Origin: Paraspadella gotoi
Lineage: Eukaryota > Animalia > Chaetognatha
Assembly: GCA_051294375.1 (NCBI GenBank)
Contig: CM119269.1
Location: 8,753,619-8,817,618 of the forward strand
Length of the DNA stretch: 64,000 bases
Direction of reading: 5' to 3'
The notes under the pieces were generated by a model. That model made no database searches. It was not told the origin of the DNA and was given only the letters and a program-made list of their open reading frames with translations. The position numbers and the translations under genes were made by a program. The stretch's first letter is position 1; each line of letters begins with the position of its first letter. Positions 60,801 through 64,000 of this stretch are shown here, piece by piece.

Positions 60801-62381
60801 TAGGCGGCGGCGGCGGCGGCTGTCAGACTCGCGTGGTAAACAAGGCCGCTGATTCCGACGCCGCCCCAGTTTGGAGACGAGGGGCGTGCCCCTTTGCCAC
60901 GCCCACCGGCATCGAAGACATAGGCAGCGGTGGCGGCCGTGGCGGCGGTGGCGGCGGTGGCGACGTGTCTCCCGTCATCGTGGAACTCACTTTCAAAACT
61001 TGCGAATCCCAAGGGCTGCTGCTTGTCTTTACTTCCCAAGACGGATTATGCGGCGGAGGAGGCGGCGGCGGCGGCGGAGTACTCGGCAGCGGTGGAGTTT
61101 CTGTTACCTTCACCGACTACGACTCCCATTGGCTTCACTCCTCTTCTTCCTCCCATTCCGCCTCCGCCCATTCCTCTTCCTCTTCCTCCACATCTTCCTC
61201 CCGCTCCTTCATTCAACTCCACTTCTGGCTCTCGACACACTCCGTGCTCCTACAGCCGCTCCTTCTACCCGATGGAGTCAGACTCGGCGACGGCGACTGG
61301 AGTCGCCTTCGCTTCACTTTCGCCTCAACCTTCGTTCAAGTGGAGGTGATGGGGCTGGAGAAGGAGATGTTGTTGGTTAAGGTTGATGGGGTTAAGAAAG
61401 TTGTTGAGTAAGGGTGATGGGATAGGGGAAGGAATGATGTGGGATTGATACGACAATGAAGTCTATGCTGGAGGAAAGGCTGATGATCATGAAATAAAAA
61501 ATACTATACTTCGGTTGAATCAGATTACATACGGACGTTTATGTGGTAAGCAATGCTCCTAATCTTTTTATGTCATTTCATCTCTTACAGGTGACGCCGA
61601 TCTCCTCAAACACGACTCCCACGACGCCGCGGACGACAAATGCGCCGCCAAAAACGACGCCGACGCCGGAATCACCGATTCCACCGATTCGGGCGCCGCT
61701 TAATCTCGATTGGTGGCCGACGGCGTCGTTCAAACACTTTTTTCGTTTCTTCTCTCTGGAGATGGCGCTGGGAGGGCCCCGCTTGCCCGACCGCGCCGGT
61801 GGCGCCGCTTCGTCGCCGTCCGGCGCCGCCGCCGTTTCGGTCGTTGCCAACGCCTGCACGCCAGTGTGCAACGCGGGCTGCGTCTTTCAACGGAGAAGGA
61901 AGAGAGGGAGGAGAGAGGAGGAAGAAAGGGAGGAGGAGAGAGAAGAGGAGGAAGGGAGGAAAGCAGAAGAAAGGGAGGAAAGAGATAAAGAAGGAAGGAA
62001 GAAAGGAGAAAAAAGGAAGGAAGGAAGAAAGAATGACGGAAAAGAAGATGAAGTGGAAATAGAAGTAGAAAAAGAAGAAGAGAACGAGGAATCGTCAACC
62101 GGAAGTCAAACTGTTCCTCTTTCCTCCTCCTCCTCCTCCTCCTCTTCTTCCTCTCTCCCTCGTCGTCGGGGCGTCAACCGAGACCGAAGAGCGTCGCCCT
62201 TCGAAACAAAGCCACGCTGCGTCGGCGGCGGTGGAGGCTGTGTCAGCGGCGGAGACAGCGTCGGCGGCGTCGGCTGCGGCGGCGACTGCGCGAAATGCGC
62301 AGCGGATTATTTGTCGGTCGCGGGATTCGTCGCCGAGTTGAAGCTGACGGCGGAAAAGAGGACAAGTTTGGACTTGTTGGA
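52369..62381 (+). CDS. Large secreted/cell-surface EGF-like + laminin-G domain protein, multi-exon, 3' end beyond the last recognisable exon
   Basis: Signal-like MTWALALTLVVMG (52528); EGF-like CDAACLPGETC...FCKCMVGNC; LamG1 motifs FFRTRKRRGLVLSL, FSDGKWKYFEL, LVLGSL and NWFDGAVSNF; LamG2 motifs LTFKTCESQGLLL, LGDGDWSRLRF, MALGG and VAGFVAEL. Exons about 52369-53125, 54526-55537, 55690-56176, 57613-57883, 59191-59284, 59971-60199, 60791-61345, 61591-62381, joining in phase where checked. Confidence 0.72.
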
Positions 62382-62937
62382 GTGAGTAGGTGGTTGGGGT
62401 GGTGGTTGAGGTGTTCATGGTGGTTGTGGTGGTTGTGGTGGAAGCGGTTGAGTGCTCGGGTCTTACTGAATCATTTTGATTGTTACTTGATACAAAGGAT
62501 TTATACGATGAGAAGTTTAATACGTGATATTATTTATTATAAATATATTAGGAGGCCGAAGTGAAAAGACTATTTGAATCAAGGCTCTTTCTGTGAAAGA
62601 GCTGTTGAATGCTGATGTAAAAAGGACAATAAGATGTAGTGACGCTGATGTAGTGATTGAGCCAACGAGTCTGACTGATGCTGGTTCCGTTGATCGCTCG
62701 AGTAATCGGAGCAGCGAAGCGGGAAAAGCATCAGCGACTCAAATCTATCTTATGGAATCTTCCACGCAGTCTAATACATACGGGAGATGCACGAAGAGGG
62801 ATTTAACTCGGGGATGAGATAGGGTTTGAGTGGTAGATGGATCTTGGCTGGTGTCGTGGCTGGGTTGAGGTGATATCACTCGTTGAAAAGTCTTTATTTT
62901 TTTCTTTTCGTAGCTGAGAAACTAATAATAGAGGCGT

Positions 62938-63058
<121 letters not shown>

Positions 63059-64000
63059 AAGCGGAACGCAATAAACGAGTGAAAAATTGTTCATAAAGTC
63101 GCTGAGAAGCCGTCGCGTCGTGAGAGGAAAAGCAAGAAGGAAGGAAAGACGTATACAAAAGGAGAAAAGAAAAAGGTGGAGACAGAGATGATATGAAAGG
63201 ATAGAGAGCGAGACGGAAAGAAGCGATGTACGGAGAGTTTATTACTAATTCCTGGCAGCAGTGACTCGCTCGGGAACAAAGAGAAAATGACGAATAGAGA
63301 GGTTGAATAAAAGGAAAAGAGAAGAAGAACCCCCCCCCCAAAAAAAAAGAAAAAGTGAAATTAAAATAAGAGAGAAAAATTAGTGAGAAATTTGTGAAAA
63401 AAATCAGAGGATGGGAAAAGAAAGAAATAGTGAGAAATAGAGAGAAATAGTTTTTAGGAAGCGCCACTTTGCCTACTGGCTTATTAAATTTGTACAACCA
63501 ATACAAAAATCATCCTTTCATTTAATAAATACGCTATCTTGCCCCTGACTATGGAAAATGTCCATTGGACATCGGACATACTCCATAAATGTTTCAATTT
63601 TATAAAAGAACCATTTTATATTTCACTATTGATTATGACAAACATTCGTCTTGTGCATTCTCATTCGGAAACAACGAACACGGATATAACGACAAAATTC
63701 AGGGAAAAAAACACGGATATTAAGACGAAAAACGGGAATAACGAAGAATAAAAATCCCCATAATCCTCAGTTTACGACTGTAATTTCGACGACGACGACT
63801 ATGACGACGACGACGAATACGAAAACGATAACGATCGAAATAAGACGGTGACGCCAACTACGACGACGATGACGACGATGACGAATAATTTTACGATGAC
63901 GATAACGAAGACGACGATGACGAATATGACAAACGATGACAACGACCATGATGACAGCGATAACACAAAAGGCGAAGAAGATGACGATGACGACTTTGAA

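Overview
Eukaryotic (metazoan invertebrate-type) genomic DNA with AT-rich, microsatellite-laden GT-AG introns and GC-rich exons; I cannot name the species from sequence. Spliced genes were assembled by eye, checking exon phase: CSDE1/Unr (-), a small 3-exon coiled-coil gene (+), ACOT9 (-), a 2'-5' oligoadenylate-synthetase-like nucleotidyltransferase with an unrecognised C-terminal domain (-), a Na,K-ATPase beta-subunit-like gene with a probable hydrophobic C-terminal extension (+), a Ctr/SLC31 copper transporter with a Cys-Cys-rich loop (+), a CaaX microprotein (-), a single-pass membrane protein (-) and an EGF/laminin-G protein that runs off the right edge (+). Non-coding features: a U13/SNORD13-like C/D snoRNA, several minimal hammerhead ribozymes in Penelope-type terminal repeats (one in sense orientation between the OAS-like stop codon and its first AATAAA), two families of miniature LTR elements whose LTRs contain tRNA-like Pol III promoters, several MITEs, and a 2.6 kb tandem duplication beside an N gap that is probably an assembly artefact. 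All family calls rest on remembered motifs; no database search was run.
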